DNA of 63,570 nt, filler included, from Octopus bimaculoides (lineage: Eukaryota): assembly GCF_001194135.2 (NCBI RefSeq). It is 6 parts of 6 records of this genome, joined end to end, with 100 filler letters (N's around TTAATTAATTAA, not from the genome) between each part and the next. Parts side by side here need not be neighbours in the genome. Positions count along the whole stretch, not along the records: positions 42,604 to 60,932 come from NW_026320329.1; positions 61,033 to 63,570 come from NW_026372384.1; 4 more parts are not named here. The stretch is one strand, 5' to 3'. The notes beneath the pieces are model-generated. The model saw only the letters and a program-made list of their open reading frames with translations, was not told where the DNA came from and ran no database searches. Shown in pieces: positions 49,652 through 63,570 of the stretch. Position 1 is the first letter of the stretch. Each line of letters opens with the position of its first letter. The position numbers were made by a program, and so were the translations under genes.

Positions 49652-49892
49652 CTTCCTCTCTCCCCTCAGTCTCTCCTCCCACCACGCATTTTCTCACTCT
49701 TTCCTCAGTATCTTTCACTATCCTTTTCACTCTTCTCTTTTTTCTTCTTTTGTTTTTTCTTCTACCACATCTAATCTTATTCTTGCTCCAACACAAATTT
49801 TTTAAAGTTTCTTTTTATTGCAAGCCGCCCCCCCCCCTTCTTCGTTCGTTCGTTCCTTGTTCCTTCTTATTTCTTTACTACTACTACTACTG

Positions 49893-49923
<31 letters not shown>

Positions 49924-50238
49924 GTTGCTTTCCCCTTCTTCCTCTTATTTTTCTTTTCCTTTTGTTTCTTACTTTCCTCTTCTGCCTCTTGTTGTTGCTG
50001 TTGATTTTGATCCTCCACCTCTTCCTCCGCCTCCACCTCTTCACCATGGTTATCTTCCTTTTCTCTTTTATCATTTTCATTCTTCTTTCTTTCGTTCTTT
50101 TGTTTTGTTTTTTTGTTTCTTCTTTTCTCCTTTTCTCAGTTCATCCTCTTATATATTTCATGACTTCTCACTTACTGCTATTTCTCCTCCCTCTTGTACT
50201 CTTCCCACACTCACCATGCACTCTCTCTNNNNNNNNNN

Positions 50239-50287
<49 letters not shown>

Positions 50288-51072
50288 CACTTTCTCCTAT
50301 TTTATTCTCACATGGTGCATTGTCTTTTTCTATCAATCTCCCAGTACCCTTCCTCTAATCGCCTTCATTTCATTTAACATCCATTTCTCCTCTTTTTCAG
50401 CCTCCTTGACTCTCTGACGTTGCTAAAATCTCACCAATCGTCTTGAAAAAGGAAGTACGATACATAGGATAACGTAGTCCGGGATATACTATGCCATAAT
50501 AAAAAATGGGCTGATAAAAGGCCTGAAATATCTCAACTGGGATAACTCTCTTTCTCTTTATCTGTATGAATGTGTGTGTGTGCGTGTATATATATATACG
50601 TATATATATATATATATATATATATATAAGATAGAGAAATATGTGTGTAAACATATGTATGGATGTATGAGTATGTGTATACGTGAGCTTATAACGTGTG
50701 TGTATATATATATATGTGTGTATGTGCGTGTTTAAGTAAATATATGTCTTTCTCTGTTTGTCTATCTATCTATCTATCTATCTATCTACGAGCATCTATC
50801 TCATATGTCCCCTATCTCTTTCACTTCAACTACCGTTACTATGACACTGCCTTCACAAGGCCCACACCACCCACTCTGACTTCATCTTCAAAGGACCATC
50901 TCCCCGTCACCGCTACACTATTTCTCTCTACGTAATCCATGTATATCCTTCGTGCTTACACTGCACAAATCTCTATTTCCCACGTTCTCTCTGAGTAAAG
51001 CAATGCATATACAAATGCACACACATACACAAACACATTCACATACATTAATATATATGCACATGCGCACTT

Positions 51073-51144
<72 letters not shown>

Positions 51145-51145
<1 letters not shown>

Positions 51146-51345
51146 TAAGTTTCAAATTTTGGCACAAAGCAAGCAAGCAAGCTCGAGGAACTCAGTACTT
51201 AACTGATACTTGTATTATCGATGCTCGACTGGATGAAAGGCAAAGTCGACCGTTGCAGAATTTGAACTCAGAACGTAAAAAACAGACGAAATGTCGCAAA
51301 GCATTTTGCTCGGCGCGCTAACGCTTTTGCCAACTCGCAGCCTTA
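51145..51345 (-). mobile_element. SINE family C
   Basis: GTTTCAAATTTTGGCACAA...GGATGAAAGGCAAAGTCGACC...GCCAACTCGCAGCC. Confidence 0.85.
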
Positions 51346-51355
51346 TGCATATATG

Positions 51356-51407
<52 letters not shown>

Positions 51408-51494
51408 TATAGGAAGTTAAATTAACGTATACATAGACTCAGACAAACACCTATATTGTAAATATTACATGAATAAAAGTTTAAAGTAGTAACG

Positions 51495-51526
<32 letters not shown>

Positions 51527-52979
51527 TATACATATATATGTGCGCGAGCACAGACATACGCACACACGCACACACATATATATATATGTCAATATATACC
51601 TATATGCATATATATACATACATATATGCATATATATATATACATATATACATATATATATATACATATATACACAGGCACATGTACATACATATGTATT
51701 TTCTACTATACATATATATATATATGCGTTTACAAACACACGCGCGCACGTACACGTGCACACACACACATACACACACACACACACACACATTAAATGT
51801 AGCCTAGAATATTGTTATTTGGTTTCATACTTGGATATATTTAAGTAATCAACGGACGATATTATAACAAGCTAATTCACGTAAGATAGAACGATAGACT
51901 GTCAGATGCAGCTTATTGCAAGGGACACAACTCAAATTAAATATACATAGACATATATATTCAGGTTGTGGCATGTGTAAGGTATGGCAAACGTAGAATT
52001 GATAAAGTTCCTGCATTTATATAAAAGAATGGAGGTATGAATTGTAGAATTACGAACAAGGGTAAGTGAGAAAGAATATGCGATAAATGAATTTTAAAAA
52101 TTGCAGAAATATAAAAAAAGCCAAGTGATGCAAAAAATTGTGTTTTTATGGTGCAGTGTGAGTTTATTTGGGCTGAGAAATAGTGTCTTACTAATTAATG
52201 AGTATTTATTATTTTAAGTTTAACATTGGGCTTGTCTTAGGTCCAGGAAGGTTAGCTGAGATGTTAAGTCAACTAAAATATTTAAGGGCTGTGGAAATAA
52301 CTAGTAAATGTTGATTGAAAACAAGAAACAGTAGCCAAAGTTGACATAATGAAGACAGCACGTATCTGCTCGTTATAAGTATATCTGTTTAAACAGATTG
52401 GTGGTGTAAATGTCCAGAATTTAAGCAGGTATTTCTCGAAGTGGCAACACTTCACGAAAGTATTAAATAATTTACAGAAAACTTTAGGTTTGCCTATATT
52501 TGTCAGTTGTACATGTTTTGCATCTTCTTGTGCCGCTGGTAGAGCGTATGCTTCATTCTGGATGATACTTTTTTGTGTAAATGACAGTAGTTTGGCCAAG
52601 TTGTATTCTGGTTTTCAAAAGTAACTGAGGCAATAACTAGCACATGCAATAACTAACATTTAACCGGATACAGTTAATATAATCCCTTCTGTTTTACATG
52701 AAAGCATGTTATCACAATGTTCATAGACCGCTGGGCTGTATCTGATAACTCTGTGCGACAATGTCATAAGCTAACCAAGGAATATATCAATATAATCCTC
52801 CTTACCTACCTACCTACCCACTTGCCTGCTTGACTATCTATTTGCCCTCCCACCTGCCTGTTCATCTATCTATCTATCTATCTATCTATGTGTAATTGAT
52901 TGGATCAGTATTGTAAGACACTGTCTCTGCATGAGGTTTGCATTAGTCAGAGACATGTCTGATAAGCACTCATAGTATA

Positions 52980-54170
52980 CAGGGTGCGATGGGTAAATTG
53001 TATATTTTAAATTTCGCAAATGATTTTGTCGACTACACAGTATAGTAAAGTCAGTTGGGCACCGTCTGTGAGAAAAGCAACACCACGATGCAATTTATTC
53101 AGCCAGAAATTTGGAAACGACATGCTATACGGTTTGGCACTCACGCCAGAAGATCTAAAACGAACATGTCACAGTGTTTGGGTGTTAATCTAAGGACAGG
53201 GCCGAGGATTTGGAGTTGGATGAGTCTAATTGTAATTACGAAGGTACGGCAGCTTGGAAAATTCACTCTGATCGTTCTGATGAGAAAAGAACTGAATTTG
53301 TTGGTGAGATCCAGGTCATGATTGACAATGATCCCTCCAAGTCAATCAGTTCTATCGCCAGGGGACATGGGAGTGTCTGAGCTTCTTATCAGGCAGGTAG
53401 TGCATGGAAACATCAAGGACAAGAGGAAACACCGCGTTACGAAGCTTTTAAATAATCTCAAGCATCCCCCTTCAACCGAACATGCTTTGGTTTTTCTCTG
53501 ACGAGAAAAATTTCTGCCAGGATCAGTTAGTGAACACGCAGAACAACCTTTGACTTGCCGTGTCCCCAAAACATGTACCGAAAGTGATAAAAATGAAACA
53601 ACATGGTGCTTGGAATGATCACTAATGATGGCGAGGTTATGCCTCCATTCATCTTCCCACACGGCCCCAGACTCAACACGAAGGCCTACATCAAGCGTCT
53701 GGAGGAGGTAGTGCTGCCCCGAGTGAAGAGAGTGACTGCTGGAAGACCCTATGTCTGGCAACAGGACCCTGCACACAAATAGGAGAACCCAGTCATGGCT
53801 GTCGGACAATTTCTGCGACATCACCCCTAATATCTGGCCACCTAACTCCCCACACTGCAACTGTGGGGTGCAGTTGAGAGAGAGAGAGAGAGACCAACAA
53901 GACTCCTTGTAACACCAAAAATGTACTGAAGGCAAGGATTATGGCAGCATTCACCAACTTAAACAAGGAGACCGTCCGAAAGACGTTGCAGGAGATTCCG
54001 AAGTCGTCTGGAGTCCGTGGTTAAAGCCAATGGTGATTCTATTGAATGAATATACTCCTCAATATTTCAAGATATTTTTATATAATTTTGTCAAATATAT
54101 CTTTTAAAATGAGATGTCTGCTATTTTAATTTTCCCTTAATTCAGACAACAGTTTATTCACCGCACCCTG
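52980..54170 (+). mobile_element. Tc1/mariner-superfamily transposon, near full length, decayed (DD37D/maT-like)
   Basis: TIRs CAGGGTGCGATGGGTAAATTGT and ACAGTTTATTCACCGCACCCTG, TA TSD at 52978-79 and 54171-72. Transposase motifs FSDEK, YVWQQD and WPPNSP, with frameshifts. Confidence 0.9.
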
Positions 54171-54255
54171 TATACTATGATGGATAGGTGGTTCACGTGT
54201 TCGTAAAAATGGAATATTCATGGACGAAAGCGACGTGATCCATTTCAGTAACCAC

Positions 54256-54286
<31 letters not shown>

Positions 54287-54418
54287 CACACACGCATACG
54301 CACACGCACACGCAAACGCACACGCAAAGATTTGTATGTATATACACATACAAATGTATGTATGTGTATAGATATGTGTATATATGAACACATACGCACA
54401 CACGCAAACACATAGACA

Positions 54419-54763
54419 CAGGTTGCGGTACACAAACTATCATCTAAATTATGCAAAAGTGAAGATAACCCTGACATCCCAATTTAACAGATATATTTAC
54501 CAAAATTACATAAAAATAACTTGTAATACTAAAGATAAATTTTTCAATAAAATCACCATTGGTTTCAAATCCATTGGCTTCAACTACGGCCTCCTGACGA
54601 CTTCGGAATCTCCTGCAACTCTTTTGGACGGTCTCCCTGTTTTTCTCACGGACGGTGCCCAACAGTCCCTACTATACTGTGTAGTCGACAGAATCAAAAA
54701 CAAACACTGCTCATGCACGAAAAAAAAAGTATAAAATGGCGACAATTTACCTATCGCACCCTC
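54419..54763 (-). mobile_element. Internally deleted non-autonomous derivative of the same mariner family
   Basis: 54630-54763 is the reverse complement of the left end (52980-53050) and 54419-54650 is the reverse complement of the right end (about 53960-54170). Confidence 0.8.
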
Positions 54764-55775
54764 TATATACATATACATATAATGTATATCCATATATATC
54801 ATATATATATATATATATNNNNNNNNNNNNNNNNNNNNNNNNNNNNNNNNNNNNNNNNNNNNNNNNNNNNNNNNNNNNNNNNNNNNNNNNNNNNNNNNNN
54901 NNNNNNNNNNNNNNNNNNNNNNNNNNNNNNNNNNNNNNNNNNNNNNNNNNNNNNNNNNNNNNNNNNNNNNNNNNNNNNNNNNNNNNNNNNNNNNNNNNNN
55001 NNNNNNNNNNNNNNNNNNNNNNNNNNNNNNNNNNNNNNNNNNNNNNNNNNNNNNNNNNNNNNNNNNNNNNNNNNNNNNNNNNNNNNNNNNNNNNNNNNNN
55101 NNNNNNNNNNNNNNNNNNNNNNNNNNNNNNNNNNNNNNNNNNNNNNNNNNNNNNNNNNNNNNNNNNNNNNNNNNNNNNNNNNNNNNNNNNNNNNNNNNNN
55201 NNNNNNNNNNNNNNNNNNNNNNNNNNNNNNNNNNNNNNNNNNNNNNNNNNNNNNNNNNNNNNNNNNNNNNNNNNNNNNNNNNNNNNNNNNNNNNNNNNNN
55301 NNNNNNNNNNNNNNNNNNNNNNNNNNNNNNNNNNNNNNNNNNNNNNNNNNNNNNNNNNNNNNNNNNNNNNNNNNNNNNNNNNNNNNNNNNNNNNNNNNNN
55401 NNNNNNNNNNNNNNNNNNNNNNNNNNNNNNNNNNNNNNNNNNNNNNNNNNNNNNNNNNNNNNNNNNNNNNNNNNNNNNNNNNNNNNNNNNNNNNNNNNNN
55501 NNNNNNNNNNNNNNNNNNNNNNNNNNNNNNNNNNNNNNNNNNNNNNNNNNNNNNNNNNNNNNNNNNNNNNNNNNNNNNNNNNNNNNNNNNNNNNNNNNNN
55601 NNNNNNNNNNNNNNNNNNNNNNNNNNNNNNNNNNNNNNNNNNNNNNNNNNNNNNNNNNNNNNNNNNNNNNNNNNNNNNNNNNNNNNNNNNNNNNNNNNNN
55701 NNNNNNNNNNNNNNNNNNNNNNNNNNNNNNNNNNNNNNNNNNNNNNNNNNNNNNNNNNNNNNNNNNNNNNNNNNN

Positions 55776-55821
<46 letters not shown>

Positions 55822-56419
55822 CATACATATATATATTTATACAATGTATATTCAAATAGATGAATGTTTTGACAGATTCTAATAAGTTTTCCCATTTAGT
55901 GGAATTTACCATTCATAACAAGATCAAATGCTTGGGTAGGTGTACATATTATACATCCAATATAGAAAGATATTAAAATAGATAATATAGGATGATACAG
56001 ATAATATCAAATAAAATAATATGCAAGAATTTAGTTACTATACATTTCTGGAAGTAATTTTCGAAAATGTAGATGTTATACATTGATGTAAAAATGTTAA
56101 CCAATATTATAGATAATATCCGATAATGCTAATAGTAATATTTAATACTGTCGCTTATATGACGTTGGGCACCTCTCGTTGTTGAGATTTATAAATGTTT
56201 AGAAGAATTTTTTTCCTTTGAAATACAGAATCCCATACACACACACTCCCACTGACGCATGTAAGCACAGACACTGAGCGACAGAGACCAACAATCATAC
56301 ATACACATTTTCACACGGGCACACGCGCGTGTATATATGGATACGTACCTACGTATGTATATATGTATGTACATATATAATATACATGTGCATACTGTAC
56401 ATACTATATACGATAAGTG

Positions 56420-56745
<326 letters not shown>

Positions 56746-56866
56746 ATATTATATATGACACATGCTTATAAAAAATGTATATATACATGTACTTATGTAT
56801 AATTCATAATATATATATATATAAATATGTGTGTGTGTGTGTGTGTGTGTGTGTTTTATGTATATG

Positions 56867-56911
<45 letters not shown>

Positions 56912-57109
56912 ATACATATACATACATATGTACATTTATGCATACACGCATGCATACGCACATACATATGCAAGTACGGATACATGCACTCTCTCTCTTT
57001 CTCTCTCTTTCTCTCTCTCTCTCTCGCACGCACATACACGCACACATACACACATACGCACTTTATTTAATACAGTATGGAAAGTATACACACGATTTAT
57101 ATATTCGTT

Positions 57110-57260
57110 TATTCTTTATTTGTTTCAATTATTTTACTGCGGCCATGCTGGAGCACCGCCTTCAGTCGAAGAAATCGACCCCAGGACTCATTCTTTGTAA
57201 GCCTAGTACTTATTCTATAGGTATCTTTTTCCCGAACCGCTAAGTTACGGGGACGTAACA
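57110..57260 (-). mobile_element. 3' part of SINE family B
   Basis: CTGCGGCCATGCTGGAGCACCGCC...GAACCGCTAAGTTACGGGGACGTAA. Confidence 0.8.
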
Positions 57261-57405
57261 TGCATATGTATGCATGTGCATATACATGCATGTATACATG
57301 TATGTATGTGTGTGTATATATATGTATGTATATATGTGTATGTATATATATACATACATATACACACATATATGTACATATACATATAGCTACACACATC
57401 CATAC

Positions 57406-57448
<43 letters not shown>

Positions 57449-57502
57449 TATACATACATGCATACATAAATATACATATATATATACATATATGTATATA
57501 TA

Positions 57503-57561
<59 letters not shown>

Positions 57562-58102
57562 CATACATGTCTATGTATATATATATTATATATACGTTAC
57601 ATATATATATATATACGTACATATATATATATACACGTACATATATATATACACATGACCTCTCAGTGTACGATGCCTACTGAAACACAGGCCAGAGCCC
57701 CAGAAAATAACACAGCAAATGTTACACAAACTAAAGAGTGGTTGCTCTCTCAGACTGAGAAATGGTAGCTAAATCTCCCTCAGATGACGCATTCTCTTTT
57801 AAAAACGATAGAGACGTCCTTTGAAATAGTTTTAGATATACCCTATATGTATGCCTAATCCAAGACACGCAACTTGTCCCGAAAGAACATTTTAAAGAAT
57901 TTATTAGCTTATACCTATGTTAATAAATGGTTTGTTCCCATTTTCCCATGTATTCTATTTGATTCCTACTTCAGTATAGTATTTATTTGCTATTAAAAAA
58001 ATATTATGCTTTTAAAATATTTTCAATATGTACTCTCAACTGTTAAATTTGAAGTTTATTTTTCAATTAATTTCTTTAAAATATAACATACGACGTAAAG
58101 CG

Positions 58103-58401
58103 AAAAGCACGTAATTCGAATCTACTTAACTTGAAGTATGACTGAATTTGTGAAAAATGTTTAGAATTGGTCGTGGCTGGAAAGCATTTAATCATACACA
58201 GATCTCCCTGCTGCATTTATAATACATATGCACATAGTCTATTCAGTAGCCAAATCAAAAACACGTAACTCGAATCTACGCAAGTTACAGTAAGATTGTA
58301 TTTGTGAAAAATGTTCAGAGATGGTCATGGCTAGAATGCATTTGCATATATATATGAGTTTCTCGCAGCATTATGATACATTGTACACATTGTCTATTCA
58401 G
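58103..58401. repeat. Diverged tandem duplication, unit about 155 bp
   Basis: AAAAGCACGTAATTCGAATCTAC...TTTGTGAAAAATGTT...TCTATTCAG (58103-58246) versus AAAAACACGTAACTCGAATCTAC...TTTGTGAAAAATGTT...TCTATTCAG (58257-58401). Confidence 0.75.
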
Positions 58402-59100
58402 AAATAGTTTATGTAACAAGAAAATACATGACTGAATAAATAATGAAAGAAATAAAATAAAGGAAAATGGCGGCCTGAATCAGTGCGGATGACACGTGAC
58501 ATGATGTTTCCCTCGTGAAATCACATTAACTATTAATGAGTGATCTGTAACTATCAGAGAGTAGTATTTTACCTTATATGTCAGGGGCACGTGAATTGCT
58601 GATGTATTACAAGATAGTTATGACCACAATATGAACGTGTGTGTTTATCTGCGACTGCATGCGTTTGTATGTGTGTATGTATATATGTATGTATGTGAGT
58701 GAATGTACGTATGTGCATGCACACACTTGTGTGTGCGCACACGCGCGTATGTGCGTGTGTGTAGCTAGACGTAAGAATCTCTAAAGTGGACATACGTGTA
58801 CGTGTAATGTGTCTTTATCTTTGTGCGCTTGTGTGACTGCACGAATGGGTGTATTTGTAATTGCGTGCGTGCTCTTTCAAGCACACACACACACACACAC
58901 ACACACGGGCGCGCACACACGCACACACACATACACACACGGGCGCGCGCACACACGACACACACACACTAGACAATACTAATGAAAATATTACAAAGGG
59001 AATATCAAATAGTAATATAATTAGGTAATGCACTACGTACACCTACTCGCACGCACTTATGCTGACATATATATACATACACATACATAGACATACGTAC

Positions 59101-59306
59101 ATACATATATATACACACATGTATATATATATATATATATGCGCATACATAGATAAATATATCTATACATACATACATATATATACACACATGTATATAT
59201 ATATATATATGCGCATACATAGATAAATATATCTATACATACATACATATATATACACACATGTATATATATATATATATGCGCATACATAGATAAATAT
59301 ATCTAT
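59101..59306. repeat. Minisatellite, unit about 70 bp, at least 3 copies, running into a gap
   Basis: Unit ACATACATATATATACACACATGTATATATATATATATATGCGCATACATAGATAAATATATCTATACAT. Confidence 0.9.
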
Positions 59307-60292
59307 NNNNNNNNNNNNNNNNNNNNNNNNNNNNNNNNNNNNNNNNNNNNNNNNNNNNNNNNNNNNNNNNNNNNNNNNNNNNNNNNNNNNNNNNNNNNNN
59401 NNNNNNNNNNNNNNNNNNNNNNNNNNNNNNNNNNNNNNNNNNNNNNNNNNNNNNNNNNNNNNNNNNNNNNNNNNNNNNNNNNNNNNNNNNNNNNNNNNNN
59501 NNNNNNNNNNNNNNNNNNNNNNNNNNNNNNNNNNNNNNNNNNNNNNNNNNNNNNNNNNNNNNNNNNNNNNNNNNNNNNNNNNNNNNNNNNNNNNNNNNNN
59601 NNNNNNNNNNNNNNNNNNNNNNNNNNNNNNNNNNNNNNNNNNNNNNNNNNNNNNNNNNNNNNNNNNNNNNNNNNNNNNNNNNNNNNNNNNNNNNNNNNNN
59701 NNNNNNNNNNNNNNNNNNNNNNNNNNNNNNNNNNNNNNNNNNNNNNNNNNNNNNNNNNNNNNNNNNNNNNNNNNNNNNNNNNNNNNNNNNNNNNNNNNNN
59801 NNNNNNNNNNNNNNNNNNNNNNNNNNNNNNNNNNNNNNNNNNNNNNNNNNNNNNNNNNNNNNNNNNNNNNNNNNNNNNNNNNNNNNNNNNNNNNNNNNNN
59901 NNNNNNNNNNNNNNNNNNNNNNNNNNNNNNNNNNNNNNNNNNNNNNNNNNNNNNNNNNNNNNNNNNNNNNNNNNNNNNNNNNNNNNNNNNNNNNNNNNNN
60001 NNNNNNNNNNNNNNNNNNNNNNNNNNNNNNNNNNNNNNNNNNNNNNNNNNNNNNNNNNNNNNNNNNNNNNNNNNNNNNNNNNNNNNNNNNNNNNNNNNNN
60101 NNNNNNNNNNNNNNNNNNNNNNNNNNNNNNNNNNNNNNNNNNNNNNNNNNNNNNNNNNNNNNNNNNNNNNNNNNNNNNNNNNNNNNNNNNNNNNNNNNNN
60201 NNNNNNNNNNNNNNNNNNNNNNNNNNNNNNNNNNNNNNNNNNNNNNNNNNNNNTCTTCTCCAATTATTATTATTATTATTATATAGAAACCT

Positions 60293-60432
60293 GGGGCGGC
60301 GAACTGGCAAAACCGTTGATAGTTGGGAAAAATCCTTAGCGGTATTTCATCTGCCTTTATGTTCTGATTTCGAATGCCACTGAGGTCGATTTTGGCGTTT
60401 ATCCTTTTTGGGTCGATGAAATAAGTACTAGA
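60293..60432 (+). mobile_element. SINE family C (plus strand, diverged)
   Basis: GGCGGCGAACTGGCAAAACCGTT...GAGGTCGATTTTGG...GGGTCGATGAAATAAGTACTAG. Confidence 0.7.
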
Positions 60433-60456
60433 TGTAATCTACCAGCCGCCTCCCTG

Positions 60457-60490
<34 letters not shown>

Positions 60491-60767
60491 TATATGTGTA
60501 CGCTCGAAACGTAAAAGACTTTCCCGAGCGTCACACTAATACACCTGCTTGCTGTTTATACACCTGTCTTCGTCTTTTGTTTTTCGGTAAATTTCAACTA
60601 TGTATATACATAGATAGATATAGAGATTAACACGCATATATTCATAAATATAAAGAAGCCAACTAAAACGTACCAATTTATATCTACCTATACTATTAAT
60701 GGGATACGTGTGTGTAACTAATATTATATGTACCTATATATACCTACTTACATACATATATTCATAG

Positions 60768-60810
<43 letters not shown>

Positions 60811-60899
60811 CATATACACACATACATATATGCATGCATATATACATAAACACATATATATATACATACACACATACATAATACATACATACATACATA

Positions 60900-60932
<33 letters not shown>

Positions 60933-61441
60933 NNNNNNNNNNNNNNNNNNNNNNNNNNNNNNNNNNNNNNNNNNNNTTAATTAATTAANNNNNNNNNNNN
61001 NNNNNNNNNNNNNNNNNNNNNNNNNNNNNNNNGTGAGAGAGTTAGGGGTTGGGGGTACAACCCACTAAGGGATAGTATATATATATATGTGTGTGTGTGT
61101 ATGTATGTATATTCGTATACGCATATATATGTATATATATATATAAACTTACACATCTCCAAATTTATAGACACGTATATATGTATATGCAATATACATA
61201 TGTGTGTATATACATGTATGTATTAAATATTGTGTATATGTAATTATATCTGCTCATAGTTATATTTTGTATACACATACCTCATATTCATAATGTATAC
61301 ATATATAACATAGTTCACATGTTTCCTTGCCTGCGCGCACACGCTTGCATATATATGTGTGTGTGTATAGGTGAAAAAAGTCATACGTATATATATATAT
61401 ATGTATTTATATATATATGTGTGTGTGTAAAAAGTTATACG

Positions 61442-61494
<53 letters not shown>

Positions 61495-61754
61495 ATATGT
61501 ACATATATATATATATATGTATAGACATATATATACGTGTATATACATATATGCTTATATATAGATGTACGTGCATACAAATATATACATACTATATATG
61601 TGTATACATGTCTACACACACACATATATATATCTGTATATGTACATTGATGTATTTACACACACACACATACATATATATATATGAAACCACGTAAATA
61701 TAGCATATACATAATATTCTTATATGTCGATAACTATGTATATATTAAAATAGA

Positions 61755-61797
<43 letters not shown>

Positions 61798-63363
61798 GTA
61801 CACATCTATGTATACGTATACACATATATATATACATATGTATATCTATATATATATATATATATATCTACACACACATTCGTCACTCACACTCTTCACT
61901 CACAGTTATATACATTCACTTACACTCAATTTCATACACATTCTCACTCACTGTCCCTCCCCCTCCCTCTTCTCGTTTATCTAACTGTCTCTGTCCCTCT
62001 CGCACAGACACACACACTCACATTATACGTTCATACTCACACGTAAACAGTGTACTATAGTGAGAGGGTTAGAGAATATATATANNNNNNNNNNNNNNNN
62101 NNNNNNNNNNNNNNNNNNNNNNNNNNNNNNNNNNNNNNNNNNNNNNNNNNNNNNNNNNNNNNNNNNNNNNNNNNNNNNNNNNNNNNNNNNNNNNNNNNNN
62201 NNNNNNNNNNNNNNNNNNNNNNNNNNNNNNNNNNNNNNNNNNNNNNNNNNNNNNNNNNNNNNNNNNNNNNNNNNNNNNNNNNNNNNNNNNNNNNNNNNNN
62301 NNNNNNNNNNNNNNNNNNNNNNNNNNNNNNNNNNNNNNNNNNNNNNNNNNNNNNNNNNNNNNNNNNNNNNNNNCCAGAAATAAGCACCGTTACACATAAA
62401 GAGTATATATGGATAGATAGATAGATAGATAAAATAAGAGAGAGTATACAAGAGTGCCTGCCAGCGAACTCTTTCTGTTCCTCAGGGCATTTTTCGACTT
62501 TTCTTCCATACATCAAGGTAAACACTGCACATGCTTTGTTAGCTTACGCGTTTGTTACTGTGGTCTTGGATTTTGCCTAATCATATCTTTATATTAATTA
62601 TATTGTTTTGTTTTGATTTTCTATGAGATGTTCTTCGAATTGACTCCCTGTGCGTTTTTGAGAAATAAACAGCCAAGCTATTCACTTGTTTACAACTTCG
62701 TCTACAGAGCCTTTGCGAACCCGAAAGGACACATGGATTTATAAGTTTCTTAATGTAATGTATGCCCGTTACGTACAGAAAAACACATGTCTACAGAACT
62801 GCAGGCAGGCAGTAGCAACGTGCATTAGGCGTGCATAAAGGATCTGCATACATGTGTGTTTATATATGCATGCAGTTATGGCTGAATATGAGCTTCACAG
62901 ATAATAGGTGTGTGTGTGTGTGTGAATATGTGTATTCACATACACACACATATCTGTGCATAGATATGTAGGTTACATAAACGTGTGAATATATCTGCAT
63001 ATGTGGGTTTATGCAAATATGTGTATATGTATATATACACATACAGCACATTACCATTTGTGTACATATATGCATCTGTACATTATATATATACATATGT
63101 ATATATATATGTATGTGTGCGTGTATGAATAAATATACATACTCGTATATGTGTATATAGGTATGTGTGTGCATATATATATATGAATACATATATAATC
63201 ATATATGAGTATATATATATATATATATATAGGTTTAGATTTAGATTCAAGATTGAATATGGTACTTATGTTTAGGCACCAGAATATAGTATGGTATGGT
63301 ATTATACAAAAACCATTCCAAAAAACTAGGTGATCAAAATAAGCAACACGGATTTCGTATTGC

Positions 63364-63402
<39 letters not shown>

Positions 63403-63570
63403 CATGTATGTATGTATATGTTTCTATACATGTATGTCTATATGTACACGTGTATATCTATATGCCTATACATATAGATATACATATATATGTGAGTATA
63501 TATATATGTGTATATATATATGTATATATATATGTATGTGTATACATATATGTATGTGTATACATATATG

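Overview
AT-rich animal genomic DNA from a gapped draft assembly, dense in microsatellites. The repeat families and the style of the zinc-finger gene suggest an octopus or other coleoid cephalopod (inference from remembered sequence, not a database search). The only complete, confident gene is a minus-strand tandem C2H2 zinc-finger gene with 17 fingers (1924-3519). Splice signals also point to an unannotated minus-strand gene for a single-pass membrane protein, with a signal-peptide exon at 25022-25080 and a transmembrane exon at 14927-15039. The rest is mostly transposon remnants: several tRNA-derived SINE families, RTE, Tx1/L1 and R4/Dong-like LINE fragments, Penelope-like elements with hammerhead ribozyme motifs, a DD37D-like mariner with a deletion derivative, and two palindromic MITE families. 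One MITE family carries outward-facing telomeric repeats and has a 9-bp TSD. Several retroelement families sit at specific microsatellites, (ATT)n or (CATA)n, in a fixed orientation. Most ORFs in the supplied track are translations of microsatellites or N gaps. Repeat boundaries are approximate (read by eye). No CRISPR array, rRNA or genuine tRNA gene was found.
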